Below, piece by piece: positions 14,301-27,902 of a stretch of 64,000 bases of DNA. The notes below the pieces were generated by a model. That model did not search any database. It saw only the letters and a list, made by a program, of their open reading frames with translations, and was not told the DNA's origin. The translations under genes and the position numbers were made by a program. The stretch spans positions 1 to 64,000 of the forward strand of contig JABLTG010000037.1 of the NCBI GenBank assembly GCA_016618085.1, read 5' to 3'. The DNA comes from Neovahlkampfia damariscottae (lineage: Eukaryota). Position 1 is the stretch's first letter; the number at the start of each line of letters is the position of its first letter.

Positions 14301-16413
14301 TCCAAGACAAGTAACACCTGAAGCATGTCAATTGTGTCCAACTGGTACTTATTCCACATTATTTGGATCAAATTCATCAGAAAATTGTTTGCAATGTGCT
14401 CCTGGAACTTACAATCCAGCATTGGGTCAAACAAAATGTGTGAATTGTAGTGTTGGAACTTATTCACCTGAATTAGGTTCCAGTTCTGAAACTACATGTA
14501 TTCAGTGTCCAGCTGGTACATATCAACCAATTACTGGAGCAGGTGTATTTTCATTATGTCTTAGTTGTGCAATAGGTTCTGCATCTGATATTGTTGGTTT
14601 GAATAGCACATGTCCATTGTGTCCAACAGGTACTTTCAGTTCATCAGTCAGAAATACAAAATGTACAGAATGTGCAATTGGAAGTTATGCTGATAAAACT
14701 GGTTCAAATGCATGTACTCAATGTCCACCTGGTACCTTTTCGAAGGCTCAAAATGTACAAGATAAATCAACAAATGCAACATGTGAAAAATGTGGACCTG
14801 GAACATTTGCTGTTACAGATAACAAAGGAGAAATTACTTGTTATGATTGCCCTGCAGGTACTTATACCGAAGCAGATGGGCAATTATCTTGTACCAAATG
14901 TCCTGTTGGAACATATTCAAACACAATTAAAGCTCCTTCGCTTAGTTTTTGTAAACCATGTGAATTAGGATACTTTTCAAATGTAACTCAAGCTACAAGT
15001 TGTAATATCTGTCCACCTGGAACTTATGCCGATGAATTGAACTCATTAGAATGTAAGAATTGTACAGCTGGATCATATTCAGGTGAAGTTGGTAAAACAA
15101 ATTCATCTTGTGTCCTTTGTCCAATTGGTACGTATTCTGTCACTGTAGGTGCATTTGATGCAACTGTTTGTGTCCCTTGTCCTGAAAATCAAAAATCAAA
15201 TGAAGAAGGAAGTACAAATTGTACTATTTGCTCAGAATATTGTCCAATTGGTGCTGCAATGGATATTCCACTAACTTTGAAACAAGATTTTTCACTTCCA
15301 TTGGATCCACGTGTTCAAGCTGATGCAGATAAACAAATTACATTCAATATTATCAATCAATCTTTAATTTGGGGTGTTCTCTTGGTTGAAGCAATTTGTA
15401 TTTTAATAATATTTGTTATTTTGCTTGTTGCTACAAGAAAATTCAATTTCTTAAAAAGATTTGATTTTGTTTATAGTCGTAAAAGAACGGATACATATGA
15501 TGCAACCAAAGATCTTTATTATGTAACTTACTTTTTCAAAAGAACAAATTATGGAGGTTGTGTTACAATTTTAGTTATTTTCTTGGTTTCAGCTGTCATG
15601 TTAATGATTGCAGTTTCTTTCTCTATTCAAAATACGATTGTAACAGAATCATTACAAACAGCTGCTGATCCTGTTCAAAAAAAAGGTACATTCAATTATT
15701 CAGCAACATTCATTGGTCAAAATACGTCTTGTAGTGGATATTCAATTGGAATTGATGGAACATATCAAAAATTAGATGGAAGTATTGCACCTTTTACATC
15801 AGTTTGCAAAGTTGGATCATTAGGTTGTGAATGTTATTGGGCATGTGTAGATTGTAGTCCAAGTTCTGTAAATACAGTGCTCAATTTCACAATTCCTTCA
15901 GTTTCAAGTTTAATCCTTTATGATATTAAAGTTCCTCATTATCTTGATAATGCAGTTCATAAAGTTGAAGGATCATTACTTTTGACAGAAACAGTTAGAC
16001 AAGTGACAAATACACCATCAAGTTTATTTATTACCATTTATCCAACTTATTATGAAACTCAACCATTTGCACCAGGTTTTACACATGATGTTCTTGGTGT
16101 TCCAACAACAAAAAGAGAAGGATTTTTAGCAAATCTTATTACATCATCAAAAGGATCAATTCAATCTTCAGGTTCAACTTTATTATTTGATTTGACTTAT
16201 TCATCAAATACTTATTTTATCAAAGAAAATATTGTTACAAAAATACTTTCATTTGTTGGTCAAATTGGTTCATTATCTGCACTTTTATATCGTCTTGGTG
16301 ATATTACAGTTATGACATTGAATATTGTTTTACCAAAATTCTATGGATTAGTTTATAAAGTGACTGGTATTTCTATTGGTGGATCTGGAAAGAAAAAACA
16401 AGTAATGAAATAA
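2370..16413 (+). CDS. Giant (~4,600 aa) membrane protein: signal peptide, RCC1 repeats, ~200 CxxCxxGxYS (GCC2/GCC3, ephrin-receptor-like) repeats, three C-terminal hydrophobic segments
   Basis: MKWLIFFIFILLFLNINS leader. RCC1 motifs FGLGSNGQLG, WGSNSNGQLGDG, GLRHT. Six ~30-33 nt introns (near 2431, 2813, 3134, 3370, 3568, 13704) link ORFs 2428, 2965, 3468 and 13783 into one frame. Confidence 0.9.
3840..15245 (+). repeat. Coding tandem repeat array of 16-20 aa CxxC units
   Basis: Recurrent tgtcctgctggaacttattc-like units. Higher-order periods of 519 nt and 684-687 nt measured from landmark motifs. Confidence 0.95.
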
Positions 16414-16429
16414 AATTCATAAATTTTAT

Positions 16430-17625
16430 CTAAAATTTCCTTAAAGCTGACATTTTTTCTTTAAAACTTTCAATCAATTCAGAATATTTTTCTTCTCCTG
16501 AAATACTTATCATCACATCTTTTTGATCAACCAATAAAGAATATTCATCAAAAATAGATTGTTGAATTTCATCTGAATTTGTTAGTTTAAAATTATAATT
16601 TATCAAAGAAAAGTTTCTGTTAAAAATCAATCCAAATATTTCTGCCCATTCACCTAGTGATTCATCATCAGAAAAACTTAAAAATAGTTCATGTTCTTCT
16701 AATAAAAGTGAAAATACATGACCCTTTTTAAAGATTAATTAAATGTTTGTTATAAATACCAGTTCAAAATGCTTGTTTCCAAAATCGATAGGTATATTTC
16801 CAATTCTCTCAAATGTGAAATTGTTCAATGGAAATTGTTTTTCTTCTTTTCCATCTTTTTTTGAATATACAACCAATTTATCAAAATCAACAATGATATA
16901 CTTTTTAATATAATACTTATCCGAAAAATCAAATCTCATGTCTAAAGTTACATTTTAAGAAAAAAAAAACAGTTTACCTAAAGAACATGGTCAGTCAAAT
17001 GAACTTAAAACTTACCAACATAACCTTGTTTTTTGAACAAATTTGTTTCTAAACCAGAAATGAATTTTCTTAATTTTCCTTCAACAGATAAATTTTCCAA
17101 TTCTGTTGCTTCGATTTGATTTTTTAAATATATAGGTGTATCTTCCACTTCATTAGTATCTATAATCATGTCTGAATTATTTTTTGGAAATAATAAAGTC
17201 GAAAAAAAACTCCTTCCAGATCTTCTTTTCTTTTGTCGATCTGAAGATATTTTTTTCAATTTTAATGAATCTATAATTGCTCTTTGTGGTGCTTCTTTTT
17301 CTTTTACCATTATAACTGTAGATAATATACTGTTGACATCTCTTTCTAGTTCTTCACATTTGTGGAGTATGGTTTCTCGTGAATGTTTACTTGAATCTAT
17401 GCTTTGATTCAAAAAAATATAACATTTTTTAACCAGTTGTTTCAAGTTTTCTCGTTGTTCTGTTGATAGTAATCTGTTTAATTGTTCGTCATCTTTCAAC
17501 CGTTTAGCAAATGCCAAAACTTGATCTTTCAGTGGTATTTCAGAATCAGCATAATTGAAACTTAAAAGATCACCATATTCTTTTCCTTCTTTTGTTGGTT
17601 CTGGTGAAATAGTTGGACTGGTCAT
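16430..17625 (-). CDS. Hypothetical protein with C-terminal PH domain
   Basis: ORFs 17005..17625, 16739..16939 and 16430..16630 join by splicing: FKKQGYVDMRF..KKYIIVDFDKLVVYSKKD..FPLNNF..FSDDESLGEWAEIF. Confidence 0.75.
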
Positions 17626-17692
17626 AAAAGTTGTTCACTCGGAGAATTTAATAATTATCCAATAAAAACTATCAATCCCTTTTTAGTGAAAA

Positions 17693-18711
17693 TTAATGAA
17701 TATTTATTCCGTTTTTAATTTCTTCAATTCTTTTATGATACAATTCTTCAATTGAATCAAATGAGTACACATCATTTGAATTCAATTTTTCAAAATCTTC
17801 TTTTTCTTCTAAAATCAATTTATGTTCATCTTGAATTCTTAATTCCATTTCATTCAATTTACTCATAAAATGTACTGGTTTAGTTGCTGAAAAATTTCTC
17901 AATTCAAATAATTCAAATAAATCCAACCAATCATTATATTCCTCTTCGATAGAAGTTGCAAATGAATATTCTTCAGTTGGAAACTGTAAATTGAATAAAA
18001 ATGAAACAGAATTTTCAGATGAATTATTTGAAAATCTTTTGCTAATTGACCAATTATCTAATTTTTCTATTTTAAAATTGAACAAAGACAATGTTTTTGT
18101 TGATTTTTTTTCTTTTTTCGCTGATTTATAAATTTTCATTTGTATTCCAACCACCTCTATAAATTTTTCTTCAAAACTATTTTCTTTGTTTCGTAACCAC
18201 AAAGTTCCTTTTTTTTCCAAGTACTTCATTTCACACTTGTTTGTATTTTTCAAAATGTCATTAATTTCAAAATGATCACTGTTTTGTTTTCCTGAGTTTT
18301 CAAAAAAGCTTTCTAATGTATCTTTTCTTTCTAATTTATGTATCATTTCAGCATCTCTAGGTGATACATGAGGAGTACTTGAAGGAGTTGAATTTGGAGA
18401 ACGATTTAATGGTGTAGCTACTGGTGTTCTTATTTTTGGTGTTGATCCTTCAAATATTTCAGTTTCTTGTTTTTTGAATAATTTATTCCTTATATTTAAT
18501 AATCCTTGTTTAATTGATTTTTTTTTTGCTTCTATTTCTTCTTTTGCCTCTTTTTCTGTGAAGGATGTGAATTTTATTTTTTGTTACTTTCTTCTGGCTG
18601 AGGTGATGCAGTTAAGGCATTAGGAAATATATAAGCTGTAGAGTGAAACGACATAGATTTCCTGTTATTCTTTTTGATTTCATTTTTCTCGTTTGTTCTT
18701 TCTGATGACAT
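17693..18711 (-). CDS. PH-domain protein with Ser/Pro-rich N-terminus
   Basis: ATG 18711 and one ~32 nt intron near 18556-18587. LEKKGTLWLR..MKIYKS..LSLFNFKIE..YSFATSIEEEYNDWLDLF is a PH pattern. Confidence 0.75.
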
Positions 18712-18834
18712 TTATCTGTTAAAAGAAAAATCAAAATGATTGGATGGATTCAAAAAAGAAATAAATTTGAAAAAAAGTGTTGAAAAAAAAGAATAAATAA
18801 AATTCGAAATGTCTACCAATCAAAAATCGAAAAA

Positions 18835-20188
18835 ATGGGTCAATCAAGTTTGACAAAGAATGACGTTGAAGAGACAAAAATCGTTTCAAATAACAATTTA
18901 GAAGAGAAATTTGAAAATGCAGCTGATATAGTCATGAAAAAATTGCAGAATTCTGATTACAAAACGAAAATACAAAATATTCGTGATTTAGAAAAATATG
19001 CGCATAATTTATCGAATGTTGAAGCAATAAAAGATACTTACCTCAGTTTAGATTGGGCTGAGAGTTTGATTATTGTAAAAAATTCTTAAGTTTAATCTTT
19101 TTCGAAAAGTATCAAGATGTATCTCCTACCACAGAGGATAGTGAAGAAATTAAAGAAATGGTGTTACAAACAAAATTAAATCCTAACTTTAATTTAAAAA
19201 AAGAATTGAAATTAAAATTGTTGATTTCTGAAGTAGCAACAAATCAAACAACAAAAGATTTAAGGGAACTATTTTCACCATTCTTAGCATCATTAAATGT
19301 ATCACCTGAATTAGGTAAGTGTAAAATATTTCTCATTCTATTCATTCAGGATTATTTCATTCAGCTTTAATGTGTGAATCTTAAGTTAAATTATAACCTT
19401 TTTTAGGATAGGTCCATGGATATTAGAATGGAATTCAAGTTCTTTATGTATACCAAGAAAATGTGTTTCTTCAATGGCTCTCATATCTGCAGATTTAGAA
19501 GTTTTCTTTCTTATTATTTTTTAAAACTTCAAAGGCTATAACAACAACTAAACAAATTGAAGAAACTGTTGATATTATTGCAAAACATGTTGTCAAATGG
19601 AATTGTAGTAAGATTTATGAAGCAAGAGAAAAAAAAGAGAATGGAAAAAATTGTCAATCTTTTGTTGAGGATTTATTGAAGGAATTGGGAGTTGAAAAAA
19701 ATTTTGGATCTTCCATTGGTAAGAAAAATAGGAATTCTAAATCTAGATATATTTTTGAAACAATTGAAAAATGAAGGAAAGGCAGAATTAAAGTTCACAC
19801 CAGATTCAAAATTTTTAAATAAATTCAAAATTGAAGGAAAATCAATAACATTTCACAGTCATCAACAATTAGATAAAGTAATGAAAGAATTCATTTCAAT
19901 AGATATAGATTTCAAATCACATCATCCTGAAGAATATTCATTATTAAAATCATTTGGTAAGAAAAAATTATAAATGACCAAAAATAAATAGATAGAGCAT
20001 TTTGGTAATGAATTATTCATTCTAATTATCAAAAAAGGTTGAGATATTTTAAATTTCCAAATTCTTATCAATTTCAATATTTAAGAAAAACAGAACAAGA
20101 AATGAATGAATGTGAAGATGATGATGATTGTGATTGTTATTTTGGTGATCCAAATGGTACAGGTTCAGTAATTCAAAAAATTAAATAA
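18835..20188 (+). CDS. Hypothetical protein with permuted papain-like (PPPDE/NlpC-type) His..Cys motifs
   Basis: Seven short introns. Spliced product contains GLFHSALMIGPWILEW and KNCQSFVEDLLKELG. Confidence 0.55.
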
Positions 20189-20208
20189 ATATTTGATATC
20201 ACTAAAAT

Positions 20209-20811
<603 letters not shown>

Positions 20812-20882
20812 TCCAGTTTTTAATTTTCGTTATTGACCAATGAAATAATTATCCAATCAATTTGTTTTTTTCTCATTTTTTG

Positions 20883-23868
20883 ATGCAGGAAGAAGAACAT
20901 TTTGTTCTGGCCAAAGATTATTCAATTGAACTTCCAAATTATGAATTAAAGTATGATAGTTCAAAAAGAACACAATTTTATACAAACTCAAAAAATATTT
21001 CTTTTACAATAGACGGTTCAGGTTCCAATGGAACAAAAGGAAAAAATGGATATTGTGGAGAAAATGGACATACTGGTTTTATGGGTTTAGCTGGTTCTTA
21101 TTCACTTTTGTCGAATGATTTTAGAGAATTAGACGGAAAAAAAGGAGGAGTTGGAAAAAGTGGTTCAAACGGAAAAGGTATTCATAATTTTTTGATATTT
21201 AATTTGAAGATGGTACAAATGGTGAAGATGGTGAAGATGCAAAAACTATTTATCTTCAAATTTCTGGAGAACCTGAAAATTTATTGCTACAAAAAAGTTT
21301 CAATGGAAAATTAAATTTAAAATCTGATTCAATAATTTTTATCAATGGAAAAGGTGGTAATGGTGGTATAGGAGGAAGAGGTGGTGACGGTGGAAATGGC
21401 GGAAATGGTGGAAAGTAGAATTTATTTGTTTTTTAAATTTTTAGTGGAGGAAACTCATTATGTGGAATGAAAACATCAGATGGTAAATTCTTCCATGGAA
21501 ATGGTGGGAAAGGTGGGAAAGGTGGTGATGGTGGAAATGGCGGAAATGGAAAAAATGGAGGTTCAAGTGGAAAAGGAAGCAAAAGTAAACAAAAAAAAAC
21601 ACATTAAATCAAAAGTAATTTTGGAAACCAAAGATTCAAGATTATTTAATTTATTTGAATGTGATTCATCTTCTGGAGATCCTGGAATTGGTGGTAAAGG
21701 AGGAAAAGGTGGATTAAATGGTATTGGAGGATTAGGTGGATTAAATGGACCAAATAAGAGATTTCAAGATAATTTTATACATCAAGGAAGATCAATTCAA
21801 GGTAATAATGGTCAAATTGGAATGAATGGAAAAGATGGAGAATCTGGAAAAAAAAATGAATCAGGTCTGATATATTACATTGTAAAAAATGAAAATGATG
21901 AAATTATTGAACAATCTTGTGATAAATATAATATCAAAGTTATTAATTTTGATATCATTGGATTAACTGAAAATGATATATTTGAACCTGGTGAAACTAT
22001 TTCAATTCAAAATATAAAAATTATAAATACAGGTGGATTAATTTTACCAGAAGGTTCAATTTTAACATTTTCATCTGAAATTCTTTCTGAATTGAATGAA
22101 TTTCAATTACCTTCAATGAAACCAAATGAAGAATTAATATTAGAAAATCCATCAATTTTTTGTAAAATTATTGATGTATCAGAAAAACCAAAACAATTTG
22201 ATATTAAATCATCCATCAAATTATTGAATAGAATATTTGATGATTCAATTTTGACAAAAACTATTAGAATTGAATATCCAATCAAAATCATTGAATTAAT
22301 ATCACCAAAAGAAATTGGAAAAGGTGAAAAAGGATTACTTTATTTTAATTTTCAAAATATATCATCCATTTCATATGGTAAAGAAACATTAAATGGTGAT
22401 TTAAAATATAAAATTATACTTGATGAAAATATAAAATTAGAACAAAAAGATGAAGAAGAAGATTTAAAAATATTTGAAGAAAATATAAATATACTCAAAA
22501 ATGGTGAAATATTTAAAAAAGAAATTGAATTCAAATTGGATGAAAATTTAGAATTTTTTGAAATTGTTAAATGGAGTATAGAAATTTATTTGAGAGGAAA
22601 ATTGATTGAGAAACAATTTCAATCCATACAATTATTTCCTTCATTTGTTAAACCTGATGAATCTGATGATATTTTATTCATAACAGATTCAGAAATGTTA
22701 CAAGAAGAATTTTTTATTTATATAAATATATTTGAAGGATTAGGATTAAAATATAATGTTTGGGATGTTTCAAAATATAATGGTCTTTCATTGGATAATG
22801 AAACTAAAAAAAGACATTCATTAACATGGGTTGATCAATATAGAGGAAAATGTATTATTTATCCAAGTTCGTCACGTGAAGATTTAAAATTATATCTATC
22901 TTCCAATGATATTATTTCTCATTTTAAAAATGAAAATGGTGATGATTTTGATTCTGGAATTGTTATCATTGGAGATATTTCACCAAAACAAATTTTATTA
23001 ACTTTATTTGAAGGTGTTGAATTAAAGATACTTGAAAATGAAGATTTTTCTGATAATTTTATTGTTGGAGAACCTACTATTGATTCAATGAAAAACAAAG
23101 CAAAAAGTAAGTTTTTTTATACTTAATTCAAAAATAGAAATGATGGATGAATTGAATTATAAGAATCCAAGTGATATTTATTTATTAATTGGATGTGATT
23201 TTGAACCAAAACAATTATCAAAATTTCAATATTCTTATGGTAGATTAAAATATAAGAAATTACCTTTAAATGGAACTAATAGATTATATTTAATCAAAAA
23301 GAAAGATATATCAAAACAATTTTTAAGTTTAGAACCTTTTAGAGGTTTTGTTACTCAATCATATCCAAGTTATTCAAAATTATTTCAAACTATTCATTCA
23401 ATCATTAGTGGATTATCTATTGAATCAAAATTGAAATTATTATCATCATCTGTTGTTGAAAATGAATTATGTAAATTTAGATTGAGGGATGGTTCTGAAT
23501 TTGATTTAGTAGTTTTGATTCAGATTATACTTTATAATGATCTAAAAATAGAATTTGATTTTATTGGTTTAAAATTAAATCGATTGAAAAGAATTGTTGA
23601 ATTATTAACCAATAATCCAATAGATTATAGTTTTAGTTCTGTAATATATGTGGTATGGAATGTTATTTGTAGAATTGAAAAACAAATTTCATTTTTAAAT
23701 TCAAAATCAAAAGAATTTTCAAAATACAAAATTGAGATTGAAAATATATTTTTTAAAGGAGAAATGAGGAAAAATGTTAAAAGTGTAAATTTATTAAAAG
23801 AGAAAGCAGAAAAAGATACACAAAAAGATTTATTTAAATTTGACAGTTTTGAATCAATCTTTAACTAA
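20883..23868 (+). CDS. Large hypothetical protein with N-terminal Gly-rich (GxxG / GGxGG) repeats followed by probable Ig-like domains
   Basis: Four short introns join ORFs 20862, 21480 and 23140. GGNGG/GKDG repeats are followed by ENDIFEPGE..NTGG, an architecture I recall from uncharacterised fungal/amoebal proteins. Confidence 0.7.
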
Positions 23869-24996
23869 TTTTTTCAAAAATGAATATTTGGTTGAATGAA
23901 ATTCTTTTTTATATTGATCATACTTTAAGATGTAATAATTTCCAATAGAAGTTAATACTCTAATTGTTAAATGATCATTTCCAGAAAATGAACATAAAAA
24001 ATTACCTTCTTCTTGTTCAAAATCTTTAAAGTGTGCAAATGACCATTCTGAGTTCACATAAGACATAAATCCACCAATAATTGAAAAACTTGATGTTATG
24101 TTTTCATTGGACTCAAGTGCAAATAAGTGAATAGTTCCTGAATCAGATGCACATGATAAATATTTACCATCATGAGAAAAATCAATAGATGTTATTTTAG
24201 CAGTTGATGTTCCTCTTCTTAATTCTTTTATTTTATCTCCAGATTCAATGTCAAATATTCTCAAAAGTGTTCCTTTTTCTGATGCTGTACATATTTTCTT
24301 TCCATCTTTTGAACTGGCTAAATATGCTAAATTGGTATCATGAGCATTGAATATTTTGTTTTTTTGTTGTGAAATTAATTGAATTTTAACGGTTCCTCTT
24401 TGAGTTGCAGGAAATCCTAAAACTCTAAAAAATATAAGATGAAAACAATTCAACATTACATATTCTCGGGATCTGGTGAAAATGATATTCTTCCTTCTGG
24501 ATTTTCTATTGTTTGATATGTTTCAATTAATGTTAAATCATGATCATAAGTTTTTACTTCTGTTTCTGTGACAATAATCAGTCTTGAAAAAATTAGTTTA
24601 TTTTGGACAAACAAATTTCTTTGTAATTTTATGTTTTTGATTTCACTTTTACATTTAATTGATCCTAAACTCTTTTTATATTTATCGTCCCATAAAATTA
24701 CTTGATTTTCTTCAAAAGCAGGGTTTTTTCCTCCTCCTTTTCAGAGTTTAAAACTATAAAATAATTTACCGACTAAAGCTAATATATTGGAACGAAATAA
24801 CATTTCAACAAAACGTATTCCACCAATTGTTGTTTCTGTTTCCATTTTAAAAGGTTTACAGCTATAAATTTGAAACCCTTTTTGAGTTCCTACTGAAAAA
24901 TGGGTTTTATTTTGATTAAAACTAATATCATTATTTTTTTTATTTTTTATTTTACCTATAGCACAACACTTCATCTTCAACTTCATTCAAACTCAT
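23854..24996 (-). CDS. PROPPIN WD40 protein (Atg18/WIPI, LRRG type as in WIPI3/4/Hsv2)
   Basis: SFNQ..VEMLFRSNILALVGGG..TASEKGTLLRIFD..ELRRGT..SEWSFA; four introns. Confidence 0.93.
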
Positions 24997-25061
24997 GATT
25001 TAAAAAATAAACCAATGAAAACCAATATCCAATCATTTGTTATTTTCATTTTTTACTGAAC

Positions 25062-26217
25062 ATGAGGAAACTACAATTTCTGATTCTATTTTGTTTTATA
25101 TATTTCATAAATTCAAAATTTTGTTATTCGAATCAGAATTGTATTTCAGATTTTAAAGAAGAATTTCCAAAAGTTTGTTTCAAAATCAAATTAATCATCA
25201 AAACAAGTGTCCTGGACTATATTGTGGAAGAAAATTGATAAATGATAATTATTTAGATTCGTTAAATTGTGGATCATGTTCAAGAGGATATAAATCAGAT
25301 GGTTGGGTTTGTAAACCTTGTTCCGATCAATTTGAACTTTATCCAATTTTTTATTTAATTTTTATGTTCGGTTTAGTACCATTGTCATTCTTTTGGAGTG
25401 CAGATGAAAATACAAAAAGAAATATTTTAAAGTAAGCGAAAATGAAACTAAAAAAATCGAGACCAATATTTTTCAGTCTTTTTTCGATTCAAACTATAAT
25501 TTCAGCTGGATTATCCTTCTTGATATCATTTCCAGATTTCAAATTCAATGTTTGTAAAGTTCAATTATTTTCAGATTGGTATCCATATTTTTTTTATACT
25601 TCAATGAAATGTACAAACGAAGTTGGTAATTTAAATCAACATTTTAAAAACATAATAGTATTTCCATTATACTCTATTGTATTTATATTTTATGGTTTTT
25701 GTTTATTATTTACCATTTTAATAACGATACCACTTGTACATTTATTAAAAGAAAATATTTATAATTATATATTTCCTTTATGGTTAATACCAATATTTTC
25801 ATTGATTCATTTCATATTTGCTGGAATCATTTGTAAGAAAATCTCTTATTCTAAAAATAGATTTTACCTGGCCATATTTATTACTAATATCATTTTCATT
25901 TATTGATTATTTTCATATTAGAAGAATTTGGAAAGAAGAAAAACCATTTGAAATTTTAAAAATTTTGAAAAGAATTTTAATTTTTGTTTTAAGAAATATT
26001 CTAATTGTAAAATGAAATTTCAATATTAATATTTTAGATTTGGGGTATTATTTCAATATTTTTATTTTTCAATTTATCTCGTTGGTATTATTTTTTTGGT
26101 TTAATTCCACCTTTGGTGTCAATTTATAATTTAATTTTTTGTTTTGGTTTTTCAAAGTTTTGGAGTGCTTTAATAAAGAAATTGGAATCTGATGATGAAG
26201 AAGAAAAAAATGAATAA
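25062..26217 (+). CDS. JKAMP: JNK1/MAPK8-associated membrane protein (JAMP)-like
   Basis: Signal peptide, CPGLYCGR..CGSCSRGY, SDWY, CTNEVVFPLYSIVF and multiple TM segments; five introns. Confidence 0.85.
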
Positions 26218-26301
26218 AAAATTGAGATTTTTATTTTCTTTGATTATTTGCATTTCATTGGTGGAAATTTCTTTGGTTGGAACCAACAAGTAGAAGTTTT
26301 A

Positions 26302-27899
26302 ATGATCCAAACAATATCTCAATTACCACCTGGAACTAAATTATTTTTAATTTTAATAATAAGTTATTTATCCATAACTCAATTATTTTTATATTCAAAA
26401 GCAAACGAAAGAGTTACAAAAACGAAAACTTTAATAAATAAATTAAATGATTTTTTGGATGATGAATTATCAAAATTAACAACAATGACATTTTCAACGG
26501 CTAGTTTTATCAGAAATATTGGAAAACATTCATCAAATAATATAAATTTAAAAGAAATTCAAAAAAAGATTGAAAAGATAACAAAATATCATATAGAAAA
26601 TAAAAATAGTAATAATATAGTTCATAATGCTGCTACTGTAAAAACAAATCAACTTTCAAATTCAGAACAATCACCAAATGAACCTTTAAAAATATCTATT
26701 TTATTAAATACAAAAAATTTGAAGAATTTTGAAACATCATTTCGTTCAATAGCTAATACTTTTGAAAATACAGGGATTATATTTCGTGTTTATGGTTTAA
26801 CATCCGTAGATGAAGATACAAGTTTTCAAGATGGAAGATTTTTAATAATTCTTTACAAAGAGGAATTAGAATCAAGAAAGTAATTAAAAGAACATAAATT
26901 AACATTTATTAGTATTCAAACTGAATTAGTTGAACCACTTTCTGATGAAGATCAAAAAATATTTGATCAAAATTCCGATTGGATAAGAATGATGGAGAAG
27001 TATAGAACTATTTGTCAAGAAAAAGAAGTATTTTTATATATGGATGGTAATATATTTCTTTTTAATTTTTTAAAAAAGATGAATATGAATTATGTCCAAA
27101 ATCTGAAAATTTCTTAATTTCTGCATATTTTTGGGCATTAAAACATCGATCAAATTTTGCAAGTTTAAGAATGGGATATAATTTTAATGGAATGTTTTTA
27201 AGATGTGATCAAATTGGATCAATTGTTGAATATGTAAAATCAAAATCAGCAAAAAAAGGACCAATCATTTCAATTGAAGATGAAGTTAGAAATTGGTGGT
27301 CAAGTTATAATGAATATTCACCATTAAAACAATTTGTGTTCAGATATAACTTATTTAAAAAAAGAGATGATAAATCAAATGATGATAAATGTTTAAAAGG
27401 AAATAATGCTGAATTTGTTCATTCTTTAGATAAAGTAAGATCATTTATTGATTAATCAAAATAGTTTGATACAATGGAATGTCAAAAACATTTAATTTCA
27501 CCATGTGATCCAAGTTTACAAAAAGAATTAATTTATACAGATAAAGAAGCAGCTGAAACTAAATCTATTTTAGATACAGCAGATAGAAATTTATTAATGT
27601 CAAAATTAAAAATTAAACCTCTTCTTTCAAATGGAAAAGATAGTTGTGATTCAATTTGTACAAAAGAAAATTTAATTTGTTCAAAAGAATCATTTCCATT
27701 TGTTAATAATTGTGATGTTTTAAAGGAACAATTAAAATGTACAAAATGTCAAGTAGGTAATTTAGAAGAAGAAAGAGAAGATATTAATGAAATGAGTTTA
27801 TATTCTCTTTGTTTTATTGTTAATCAACCTGTTTTTGAATGTTCTTCAAATAAATTCAAAATATGTCCTTGTAGAACAAAGAATGATAATACTGATTAA
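26302..27899 (+). CDS. Type II membrane glycosyltransferase-like protein with Cys-rich C-terminal module
   Basis: N-terminal TM and a MDDEYELCP acidic motif. C-terminal GKDSCDSIC..LIC..FPFVNNC..ICPCR resembles the MGAT5 C-terminus. Three introns. Confidence 0.55.
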
Positions 27900-27902
27900 A
27901 TT

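Noticed and set aside
3694..14968. Dozens of short alternative-frame and antisense ORFs within the giant gene
   Set aside because: Shadows of the repetitive Cys/Ser/Thr/Gly codon pattern; no independent motifs or promoters.
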